Source: Escherichia coli
Lineage (GTDB): Bacteria; Pseudomonadota; Gammaproteobacteria; Enterobacterales; Enterobacteriaceae
DNA length: 64,000 nucleotides
NCBI RefSeq assembly: GCF_001677475.2
Contig: NZ_CP015229.1
Reading direction: 5' to 3' (one strand)
Part shown: piece after piece, positions 43,682 through 51,391 of the stretch
How positions within the stretch are numbered: position 1 is the stretch's first letter
Layout: every line of letters starts with the position of its first letter
The notes under the pieces: model-generated
What the model was told of the DNA's origin: nothing
Database searches by the model: none
Seen by the model: the letters and a program-made list of their open reading frames with translations, nothing else
Translations under genes and position numbers: made by a program

Positions 43682-44641
43682 ATGAAAATTTGTATCGACG
43701 ACGGCTCCACCAACATCAAGCTGGCATGGACTGAGAACGGCGAACGCCGCAACGCCATCAGCCCGAACAGCTTCAAGTCGGAATGGTCTGCGCCGTTCGG
43801 TGGCACGCAGCCCGCGAACTACATGCTTGATGGCGTGCGCTATGGTTTTGATCCGGTCAGCGATCGCTTTGTCCAGACGACCGACACGCAATACCAGTAC
43901 AGCGATGTGAATGTCATTGCCATTCATCACGCGCTGGTCAAATCAGGCATCACGCCACAGGAGGTGGATGTGGTTGTCACCCTGCCACTGAGCGAGTATT
44001 TCGACACAAACGCACAGCCGGACATGGCCAACATCAACCGCAAAAAAGCGAACGTTATGCGCCCGGTGGAGTACCAGAACGGCGAAGCATTCACTATCCG
44101 TAACGTGCGGGTTATGCCTGAATCCATTCCGGCTGGCTTTAAGGCACTGGCTGACATGAGTCCGTTTGAATCCCTGCTGATTGTAGATTTGGGCGGAACC
44201 ACGCTGGATGTGGCAAAGGTTCAGGGGCAACTGGCAGGTATCAGCCAGGTGTTTTGCGATCCACACGTAGGCGTTTCTCTGATGGCCGATGCCGTACTGT
44301 CGGTGATGGCCACTAACGGTATGCGCACCAGTCACCACATCGCCAATACCATTATCGAACATCGCCATAATGAAGCCTGGCTGCGCCAGCACATCCACAA
44401 TGACGCGCATTACGCCAGCCTGATGGAGGTTATTCGTGAAAAGGAAGAAACACTGAAACAACGCGTGATCCGCGCGCTGGCGGGTTTTTCGGGTTACGGG
44501 CGGGTGATGGTTGTCGGTGGAGGGGCGGAGATTGTGGCACCCGCTATCCGCGAAGCCTGCGGAGTTCATGCGACTTTCATCGCGGACGGGGTGCCACAGT
44601 TTGCTCTGGTTAATGGGCTGTACGCAATGGACAAGGAGTAA
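43682..44641 (+). CDS. actin-like ATPase, ParM/StbA family
   Basis: 319-aa ORF; motifs DDGSTNIKL, SPNSFK, YSDVNVIAIHHAL, MPESIPAG, DLGGTTLD, VVGGGAEI align with plasmid R1 ParM as I recall it. Confidence 0.85.
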   Translation: MKICIDDGSTNIKLAWTENGERRNAISPNSFKSEWSAPFGGTQPANYMLDGVRYGFDPVSDRFVQTTDTQYQYSDVNVIAIHHALVKSGITPQEVDVVVTLPLSEYFDTNAQPDMANINRKKANVMRPVEYQNGEAFTIRNVRVMPESIPAGFKALADMSPFESLLIVDLGGTTLDVAKVQGQLAGISQVFCDPHVGVSLMADAVLSVMATNGMRTSHHIANTIIEHRHNEAWLRQHIHNDAHYASLMEVIREKEETLKQRVIRALAGFSGYGRVMVVGGGAEIVAPAIREACGVHATFIADGVPQFALVNGLYAMDKE

Positions 44642-44645
44642 ACCA

Positions 44646-44957
44646 ATGACGACACCAACCAGACGGATAAGTTTCTATCTGAAGCCTGCGGCCGTCAAGA
44701 ACGAAAGCGAAGCATGCGCCTGGCTGGACAGCCTTACACCAGAAGCCCGCAAAAGCGGCCAACGCGTGGCTTTTCTGGCCGGGCTGGCACTTCTGAAAAT
44801 GAATCCGGCAGAGGCTTACCGACTGGCTGCATGGGCTGACGATGAGGCGTTATCAGTGACACAAACCAGGACAGAATGCCCCGCGTCACAGCCAGTATCA
44901 ACCGCACAGATAACCAGTCAGATGGCCGGAAATATCCGGGCGTTATTTCCCGAATAA
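44646..44957 (+). CDS. ParR-like centromere-binding/repressor protein
   Basis: ATG 44646 with GGAG RBS, 103 aa; RRISFYLKP...AWLDSLTPEARKSGQRVAFLAGLAL resembles R1 ParR N-terminal RHH region; immediately downstream of parM-like gene. Confidence 0.7.
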   Translation: MTTPTRRISFYLKPAAVKNESEACAWLDSLTPEARKSGQRVAFLAGLALLKMNPAEAYRLAAWADDEALSVTQTRTECPASQPVSTAQITSQMAGNIRALFPE

Positions 44958-44962
44958 CACAA

Positions 44963-44990
44963 CATCAGGGCGCATCCGCCCTGATGACTT
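44963..44990 (+). terminator. putative terminator after parR-like gene
   Basis: 10-bp stem CATCAGGGCG/CGCCCTGATG with 4-nt loop, followed by short T-rich stretch. Confidence 0.4.
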
Positions 44991-45020
44991 TAATCCGGGA
45001 ACATAAACAAGGGGGACACA

Positions 45021-45356
45021 ATGCAACACATTGACAGAGAAAAAGCGCAGCGACTGATTGAGCGAATGGAAGCGCTGGCGAAAGAAGAAAATGTCAACAT
45101 CCAAAAAATAGCTGAATGTGGCCAGATAGTTCTTCGTCGTGAAAAAGACATCAAGCAACTGATGTCTGGCGAAATCAGCAAAACATGGACTTCAGGCAAG
45201 AAGACGATTTATTGCAGCTTCTGCAATAAATCCCAGCACGAAGTCATAAAGGTGATTGCCGGACCGTCTGTTTACATCTGCAATGAGTGCGTGGATTTGT
45301 GCAATGAAATTATCAGAAGAGAAGTGACAGACCATGAAGAAAAAACGCATGAATGA
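45021..45356 (+). CDS. ClpX-type C4 zinc-binding-domain protein (novel N-terminal helical region fused to ClpX-like ZBD)
   Basis: 111-aa ORF, GGGGGA RBS; residues [38 protein letters not shown] closely match E. coli ClpX N-domain (about 32 of 39 residues by my recollection); no AAA+ module. Confidence 0.8.
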   Translation: MQHIDREKAQRLIERMEALAKEENVNIQKIAECGQIVLRREKDIKQLMSGEISKTWTSGKKTIYCSFCNKSQHEVIKVIAGPSVYICNECVDLCNEIIRREVTDHEEKTHE

Positions 45357-45943
45357 CGAATTTGACGGCTTTTAATTTTATCGGGGCACACTGTCTCCCC
45401 CCGCACGAGGAAAACACGATGAAAAAATACGAATACATGCTAATGAAAGAAGCACTGCGGGCTGGTCTGGCTCCCTGTCCTGTATCCGTAGAAGCTGTTG
45501 TTGGGAACACGATTTTCCGAACGCTGCGAAATCGCGTATCCGTGAAGATGATTCACCAACCACCCAAATCTACCAGCATGATCTATCTGCCGCTGCCCGA
45601 GGCTATCAAACTTATGCGTTCGCTGAAATTTGCGATTTGGATGCAGACACAACTCAACAAAGCGGTGCAAAACACCTTCGTTAAGAAACTGATGCCGGAG
45701 CTTGCTGCCAGATGTGCAAAATGTACCAGACCCGCACTTCAATTTGATCTGTCATTGATTCAACAAGCTACGGAGGCAGAACTGTACCGCCTGTCACCTC
45801 TCCATGATGTTCACACGGAAGCCTCAGAAATGTTCCGGCTCATGTTTCAATTTAATTTTGCCGTTCGACGCACACGCGTTCAGGTCAATCGCATGATGCA
45901 GGCGCAGGAAGAGCTGACGCAACACAAAGGAGGCAACCAGTGA
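45353..45943 (+). CDS. hypothetical protein, translationally coupled to ZBD gene
   Basis: ATG 45353 overlaps upstream stop (ATGA); alternative start ATG 45416 with GAGGAA RBS; no recognisable motif. Confidence 0.55.
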   Translation: MTNLTAFNFIGAHCLPPHEENTMKKYEYMLMKEALRAGLAPCPVSVEAVVGNTIFRTLRNRVSVKMIHQPPKSTSMIYLPLPEAIKLMRSLKFAIWMQTQLNKAVQNTFVKKLMPELAARCAKCTRPALQFDLSLIQQATEAELYRLSPLHDVHTEASEMFRLMFQFNFAVRRTRVQVNRMMQAQEELTQHKGGNQ

Positions 45944-46464
45944 GCAAGATTGACTATCAGGCATTACGCGAACGCTATTCACCTGCGCCAGTACCGAAAT
46001 GCCCTATTTGCGGCGAGGAAATGTCAATTCAGCGAATATCTGGAGCACAGGTTGTTTATGCCTGCTCCGGTTATGGTGATGATGGAGATTTCAAAATTGG
46101 TCGAACTCTTGCCGACGAACATTATGAAAAATCGCGCGTAACAGTGTTGGATGTCGGGGATCCTGAAGTATTGGCGCTACTTGATTGGCTGGAAACTAAA
46201 GACAACCGAATCGCTGAACTGGAAAAAATCGCCACTGACTATGCACTTAAATTCCAGAAAGCACAGGACGCATTAAAGCATGCCGCTTTGCTGCATAGCC
46301 GGACGGCGCAACAAACAAATAATTTTGCAGTATCGCTTCCGGACATAAGCGAATATTTCATTAATGACGTATTTCAGCCCTTGCGATACGAGCGGGATGT
46401 TGAAAGAGCCATCATAAAGGCTGGCGGAAAAGCATTGTGGCAGGAGAAACACGACGACAGATAA
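45940..46464 (+). CDS. hypothetical protein with N-terminal Cys-rich (zinc-ribbon-like) segment
   Basis: GTG start overlapping upstream stop (GTGA) with AGGAGG RBS; CPICGEE...YACSG; 174 aa. Confidence 0.55.
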   Translation: MSKIDYQALRERYSPAPVPKCPICGEEMSIQRISGAQVVYACSGYGDDGDFKIGRTLADEHYEKSRVTVLDVGDPEVLALLDWLETKDNRIAELEKIATDYALKFQKAQDALKHAALLHSRTAQQTNNFAVSLPDISEYFINDVFQPLRYERDVERAIIKAGGKALWQEKHDDR

Positions 46465-46516
46465 AAATAACACCTGATCTCCCTCAAACCAGGGCGATAA
46501 TCGCGCATCGCCCTGC

Positions 46517-46543
46517 TGCACAATAGTGCACAAATTTGCACAA
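46517..46543. repeat. three TGCACAA direct repeats at exact 10-bp phasing
   Basis: TGCACAA at 46517, 46527 and 46537; helical-turn periodicity suggests protein binding on one DNA face. Confidence 0.6.
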
Positions 46544-46614
46544 TTTTTTTGAACGACTTTTTGCCCTTCCGGCCCGCGTGGCGGCTGGATCCGTCAAGGA
46601 TCCGTGCGTGCACA

Positions 46615-46630
46615 AAAAAACGCGTTTTTT
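46615..46630. other. perfect palindrome AAAAAACGCGTTTTTT inside phage non-coding block
   Basis: Seen directly; preceded by GGATCCGT direct repeats at 46587 and 46598 and followed by G-rich segment. Confidence 0.6.
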
Positions 46631-46914
46631 CTGCGCGCAGGTGACGGGGGAACAGCCCGCGTTTCAGGGGGTAAATAGCGTTCCCTTAACGATGTCGCAG
46701 CGACACGACAGAATGGCCGTATCGCTCACGCTGAGCGTGAAAAATACGTGAGGGATTCTGATTTGATGGGGTGAAAGGTAAGGCCGTCAAAATCGCACTG
46801 AGGCGGCGAGAACATGCAGTCAGCGCGGTGGGATTGTGTAGAGTCTGGCCGTCGATGATAGCGATAAGTCGGAAGATGTCGTGAAATTATCTGATTGATA
46901 CGGGAGCTGGAGAG

Positions 46915-46941
46915 CCGGGGCATAAATTTTTTATGCCCCGG
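46915..46941. other. perfect 12-bp-stem hairpin CCGGGGCATAAA-ttt-TTTATGCCCCGG
   Basis: Seen directly; no flanking U tract on either strand so not a classical intrinsic terminator. Confidence 0.6.
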
Positions 46942-47041
46942 CGAAGCAGCAGACAAGCGAAGCGCGTCAGTGATGCGGCACCTTGCCGACCACACTTCAT
47001 AAGTGCAAAATACGAGCAAAGAAATCAATGGAGGCTGTTTT

Positions 47042-47566
47042 ATGGTCATTAATTACAAGCAGTTACGAGAAAAACGAGAGCAGGTAAAGGAAAGTTTTCG
47101 CCGCAATGAAGATCTGACCCCGCTTGTACACCTTGCCCAGGGAATTGTTGATGCTTATGAAATCTCTCTGGAGCTGCCATCACAGACATGGACGGATAGC
47201 GACGGTAATCGCCAGCATTACGTTTCATGCGGACTGGAAACAACTGAAGGGTTTCGCAGAATGCCTTTATCTCAGATTCCTGCCGCTACCCCCAAAGCAA
47301 GGGGCGGCAATGATGAGCGAAAACTGATTTTCAGCATTGAGACAGTGGTTGACGACACACCTGGCGAAGTCGCGTTCGTGCATACTCCTCTTTCGATCGC
47401 AATGTATAACGATGAAATACAGGTTCGCGTTAATAATAATATCGTGCCACTTAAAGAAGGTAATTCACCATACACCACCGTTTGTGAAGCCATTCAATAT
47501 TACGTTCTCTCTGAAATTGATAATCTCAAGCCTGACGGCACCCAGAAAATGGTTCAACTCTGGTAA
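47042..47566 (+). CDS. hypothetical protein (orphan gene between non-coding block and portal gene)
   Basis: ATG 47042 with GGAGG RBS (ORF track 47003..47566); followed by strong terminator. Confidence 0.55.
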   Translation: MVINYKQLREKREQVKESFRRNEDLTPLVHLAQGIVDAYEISLELPSQTWTDSDGNRQHYVSCGLETTEGFRRMPLSQIPAATPKARGGNDERKLIFSIETVVDDTPGEVAFVHTPLSIAMYNDEIQVRVNNNIVPLKEGNSPYTTVCEAIQYYVLSEIDNLKPDGTQKMVQLW

Positions 47567-47572
47567 AAAGGA

Positions 47573-47597
47573 CAGCCCCATCACGGGGCTGTTTTTT
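47573..47597. terminator. bidirectional intrinsic terminator between convergent orfZ and portal gene
   Basis: Stem CAGCCCC/GGGGCTG followed by T6 on plus strand and T-rich tract on minus strand; portal stop codon lies in the loop. Confidence 0.7.
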
Positions 47598-48627
47598 CAT
47601 CAAGAAGAGCATAAGAATTAAAACGGATCACCTCTTCGCCAAGCCAGTCATTGATATGCTTCATAGCCTCCATGACGGGCATCAGCTCGTTAATTGCGTA
47701 AACCCGCGCGGCCTTCTCCACATCACCAAACGCACTTTTTTCACCCGGCATCGCCCCCATCAGTTGCGGCGGAACGCGGTGCGCAGCCAGCACATCATCA
47801 CGGGATGCCGCCTTAACATTCATGAACTCATCCTTTGCGGTGATCTGCTGGAACGGCAAAATTTGCACCCCCTCTTTGCCCCCGTTGGGCGCATGAATGA
47901 GCACGTTTTTAAACGCACCACCACCACGCGCACCCTGTAGCGTTTCTTTCAGGGAGTCCATGCTTTCGCGGTTTACCTGCGCTGCACCGATGTAGATGAT
48001 GCACCCGGCGTGGGATCCGTTGTCGTAATACAGTTTTCTGAACATGTCCGCCGAATGAGACAGGCTGGCCGAGAGTAATGCGCCGAGATATTCCGGCATG
48101 CCGTAGATTTCCTGGTTAATGTCAGGATTCATCAGGTGGCACACTTTGCTTGGGCGAAACTGAAACGCGTCCTTGCCATCCTGCACATACCACCATGATT
48201 CAAGATCGCTTCCGCGTCGCATGTATTTCGCCAGGGCGTGCCGTAATTTAAGCGGTTCGCCGAGCATATTGCTTCGAAGCTCAAGGAATGCGTTACCGAA
48301 CACAAACCAGTCCAGCGCCAGCGCCGAGAAATCCTGCCGGGAAAGCAGCGGGTGCGGGATGTAGCAACCGAGTAATACATTGCGCTTAAAGTAAAGCGCA
48401 GACTGATGCCAGGACGTTTGCCGGGCAGCTCTTGCCAGACCGTACCAGTCCACCGGGGTTTCATACCACCGCCCGTTATCAGCACAGTACATATTGTCCA
48501 GCAGGTCATGCCCGGTCAGGCGATAAGGACCATCAAATGTGAATGCACTGAGCGATGATTCTTTCCTGAGCGCATCAGCGAGATCAATGCGTGAACTCAT
48601 GCGCACTTTTTTATTTTTTCTGCTCAT
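47581..48627 (-). CDS. portal protein, P2 gpQ-like
   Basis: 348-aa ORF, leftward, immediately downstream of terminase ATPase gene with ATGA overlap; size and position as P2 Q. Confidence 0.75.
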   Translation of the reverse strand: MSRKNKKVRMSSRIDLADALRKESSLSAFTFDGPYRLTGHDLLDNMYCADNGRWYETPVDWYGLARAARQTSWHQSALYFKRNVLLGCYIPHPLLSRQDFSALALDWFVFGNAFLELRSNMLGEPLKLRHALAKYMRRGSDLESWWYVQDGKDAFQFRPSKVCHLMNPDINQEIYGMPEYLGALLSASLSHSADMFRKLYYDNGSHAGCIIYIGAAQVNRESMDSLKETLQGARGGGAFKNVLIHAPNGGKEGVQILPFQQITAKDEFMNVKAASRDDVLAAHRVPPQLMGAMPGEKSAFGDVEKAARVYAINELMPVMEAMKHINDWLGEEVIRFNSYALLDEKTAP

Positions 48628-50378
48628 CAGAACTCCATAACCGTGAAACGCTCGTTTTCTCCTTCGCCGCCAATCGGTTCGTTAATGACAGCAAGCATGG
48701 TTGCCCACGCAAGGTCGCCGTGGCTGATCCCCCTCGCGCGGTCCGTTTCGTAAGTGATAAAGCCGCCCGGTGTTTTCACCTTACGCACGGCGTTAAAGGC
48801 CGCGACCAGCTCGCGTTCGGCGCGATCGTATTCCCAGCGCCCGGCACGCATTATTTGCAGCATTTTCAGTACCAGCGACCGTTTTGATGACAGCGTGAAG
48901 GTGTACGGAATAGCAGCAGGGAAAAACCGTTTCACTATCTGATAAACAGCCTCCCCGTTCCCGCCCGTCACATCAATGCCGATGTGTTCCACGTTGTAGC
49001 GATACGTGAACTCTTCAATGACTCTGGCCTGTTCTTCAAACTCCAGCCCCTGAACGCGTCGCGTCTCCACCGTTCGAAAACGGCCACCAGGAACAGCCGG
49101 AGGAACCACCACGGACACAGCGCCGCTGTCGCCGTTGCCACTGCTGCCGTTTGCGTCATACCCAATCCATACCAGACGATTCCCCATCGGGCGGGGAGCA
49201 AAAGGTTTCCAGTCTTTCCAGTCGTCGTATCCGTCAACACCGCAGCCAATCAGGATATTCAGGTTAAATGCCGATTCCCCTTCGCGAACAAACTCACACA
49301 TATAGAGATTGAGGAACTCGTCTTCGGTGTTTTCATCACGGATTTCGTCAATATCGGTGTGTTTCCAGCCGTGATTAACCACATCTTCCAGCGTGACAAT
49401 TTGCCGCCACGTCCGGTCAGGGCAGATAAGCCCGTTATGCAGCGTTTTCCAGTCCACAGAAAAACGCTGGCGTTTATGCGAGGCCTTTTTCTCGTTCCAG
49501 CGGTCGCCGTTCCAGTAGGCGTATGCCTCGTGCGTTTCGGTGGATGGCGTGGAGAAGTAGGTGCGCCGCAGTCCGCTGAGGGTTGCCATAGCGCCAGCCA
49601 CCTTGCGCAGTTCAGCAAAGCGACTGACCCAGAAAAATTCATCAAAATAAAAATTGCCCGTATAGGACTGTGCCGACGCAGCAGAAGTGCCGAGAAAATG
49701 CAGCTCTGCGCCGTTGGAGAGGATGATTTTATCGCCCCCTTTCAGCTCCACATCAACTTCAGCCGCGGCCTTCTGAATAATGCTTTTAAACTGGAACGCC
49801 TGACGACGCGACGCAGACAAAAAAATCTGGTTACGCTGGTAAGGTTGCGCCACATCGTCACGCAGCGCCATCAGCAGCGCTTCCTGTGCAAAATACCAGG
49901 TTGCCCCAATCTGTCGGGATTTCAGGATCATCCTGTTACGTATCCCGGCTTCCCTGCAAAGGGTCAGGGAGTCAAACCAGCCCCGCTGATGCCACTCCAG
50001 CCTGCTGATGATTTTTTCCCGCAGTGCGGCAATCTGTTCCGGCGTGAAATGATTTTTGAGTTTTTTCGCCCGGCCTTTCTTTCCTGCGGCCATCACATCC
50101 GGCTGGCCATCATGCAGCTTTTTAAGCTGCCGGGTCAGCAGGTCTATTTCCTTAAAGTCACCGCCTGTTTTATTCTGTTTTTCAGTAAGCTGGATGAGGC
50201 GCGCATCGATGGACTGCGTGACACGCTGCACGGGTGGCGCTTCATCCCACTGGTCGCGTTTTTTCCACGCATAAATCGTGTTCGGGTTTATTCCCATCAG
50301 ACGTGATATTTCTGCGGGCGGATAACCCTGCCAGTAAAGTTGCCGCGCACGCTGGCGCACAAAAGCGTCCTGAATCAT
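48627..50378 (-). CDS. terminase large (ATPase) subunit, P2 gpP-like
   Basis: 583-aa ORF; leftward, divergent from capsid genes as in P2; KSRQIGATWYFA ATPase region. Confidence 0.85.
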   Translation of the reverse strand: MIQDAFVRQRARQLYWQGYPPAEISRLMGINPNTIYAWKKRDQWDEAPPVQRVTQSIDARLIQLTEKQNKTGGDFKEIDLLTRQLKKLHDGQPDVMAAGKKGRAKKLKNHFTPEQIAALREKIISRLEWHQRGWFDSLTLCREAGIRNRMILKSRQIGATWYFAQEALLMALRDDVAQPYQRNQIFLSASRRQAFQFKSIIQKAAAEVDVELKGGDKIILSNGAELHFLGTSAASAQSYTGNFYFDEFFWVSRFAELRKVAGAMATLSGLRRTYFSTPSTETHEAYAYWNGDRWNEKKASHKRQRFSVDWKTLHNGLICPDRTWRQIVTLEDVVNHGWKHTDIDEIRDENTEDEFLNLYMCEFVREGESAFNLNILIGCGVDGYDDWKDWKPFAPRPMGNRLVWIGYDANGSSGNGDSGAVSVVVPPAVPGGRFRTVETRRVQGLEFEEQARVIEEFTYRYNVEHIGIDVTGGNGEAVYQIVKRFFPAAIPYTFTLSSKRSLVLKMLQIMRAGRWEYDRAERELVAAFNAVRKVKTPGGFITYETDRARGISHGDLAWATMLAVINEPIGGEGENERFTVMEF

Positions 50379-50532
50379 TGCTCCCCCTGAGTAATTACAG
50401 GAAGATTACCCGCGCGCGAAACCGTTCTCCTTAACCCCCTGTTCTGGCCGTTTTCTTACAACAAAAGCCCTTTGTATCAGCCTGTTACGCTTTGCCATCA
50501 TGACTGAAGAACCAGTCAGAGGGGCAAAAACT

Positions 50533-51369
50533 ATGGCTAATGAAAAAAAGACATCCCGCAAAAAGTTTCGCGTGGCTGTCTCCGGATCAACTGTTGATGG
50601 CCGTGAAATCAGCCCGGTACATCTGCGTGAAGCCGCCGAGAACTTCAACCCGGATGTTTACGCTGCCCGCGTGAACGTTGAGCACTATCTCTCGCCATGC
50701 CCGTCAAGCGAATTTTCCGCAATGGGCGATGTCACCGCGCTGAGTACGGAAGATATTACGGAAGGCCCGCTGGCCGGACGTACTGCGCTGTATGCAGAAA
50801 TCGAACCGACCGAGCGCATGAAGCAGCTTGTCGCTGACGGCAAGAAAATCTATTCCAGTATCGAACTGCACCCGCAGTTCTCCGTTAACGGGCGCGCCTA
50901 TCTGGTCGGGCTGGCGATGACCGACACCCCGGCAAGCCTGGGCACTGAGCGCCTGAAATTCACGGCACAGCAGCGTCAGGCGGTGATGACGTTCAACAGT
51001 ATCCAGGGTGAAGCACCGCTTATCTCCGAAGCCATCGAGTCTGAAATCATCGAAATGGCAGAACAACGCCAGGAAGAAGGCAGCCAGTGGTTTAACCGCG
51101 TAATGGGGATTATTGGTCGTGGGCGCAAAGCGGATGACGCCAGTTTCTCCCGTATTCAGGAAGCGGTGGAAGGCGTCGCAACGTCACAGGCCGACATTAT
51201 CGACCGTTTTAATGTGCTGGAAACCCGCCATCAGCAGGACCGCCAGAAAATCACGTCACTGACCACAGAGCTGGCAGCACTGAAGGAAAAACTGCGCACG
51301 CAGGACGGCGATCCGCAGAACCGGTTCACCGCAACGGGCGCAGCCTCCGACCAGCTGGCTGACTTCTGA
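50533..51369 (+). CDS. capsid scaffolding protein, P2 gpO-like
   Basis: ORF 50500..51369; start set at MANEKKTSRKKFRVAVSG (GAGGGG RBS); position upstream of major capsid gene. Confidence 0.65.
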   Translation: MANEKKTSRKKFRVAVSGSTVDGREISPVHLREAAENFNPDVYAARVNVEHYLSPCPSSEFSAMGDVTALSTEDITEGPLAGRTALYAEIEPTERMKQLVADGKKIYSSIELHPQFSVNGRAYLVGLAMTDTPASLGTERLKFTAQQRQAVMTFNSIQGEAPLISEAIESEIIEMAEQRQEEGSQWFNRVMGIIGRGRKADDASFSRIQEAVEGVATSQADIIDRFNVLETRHQQDRQKITSLTTELAALKEKLRTQDGDPQNRFTATGAASDQLADF

Positions 51370-51391
51370 TAAGACAAAGGAGCAAATTTTT

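Noticed and set aside
46517-46630. Possible CRISPR array or iteron origin
   Set aside because: Repeats are only 7-8 bp with 3-bp spacers and no cas genes, so not a CRISPR array; iteron-like binding sites remain possible and are reported as a finding rather than a feature call.
48984-50306. 440-aa ORF on the plus strand
   Set aside because: Lies entirely antisense to the terminase large-subunit gene, has no RBS and a low-complexity Arg/Pro-rich translation typical of antisense frames of GC-rich coding DNA; the terminase assignment on the minus strand is much better supported.
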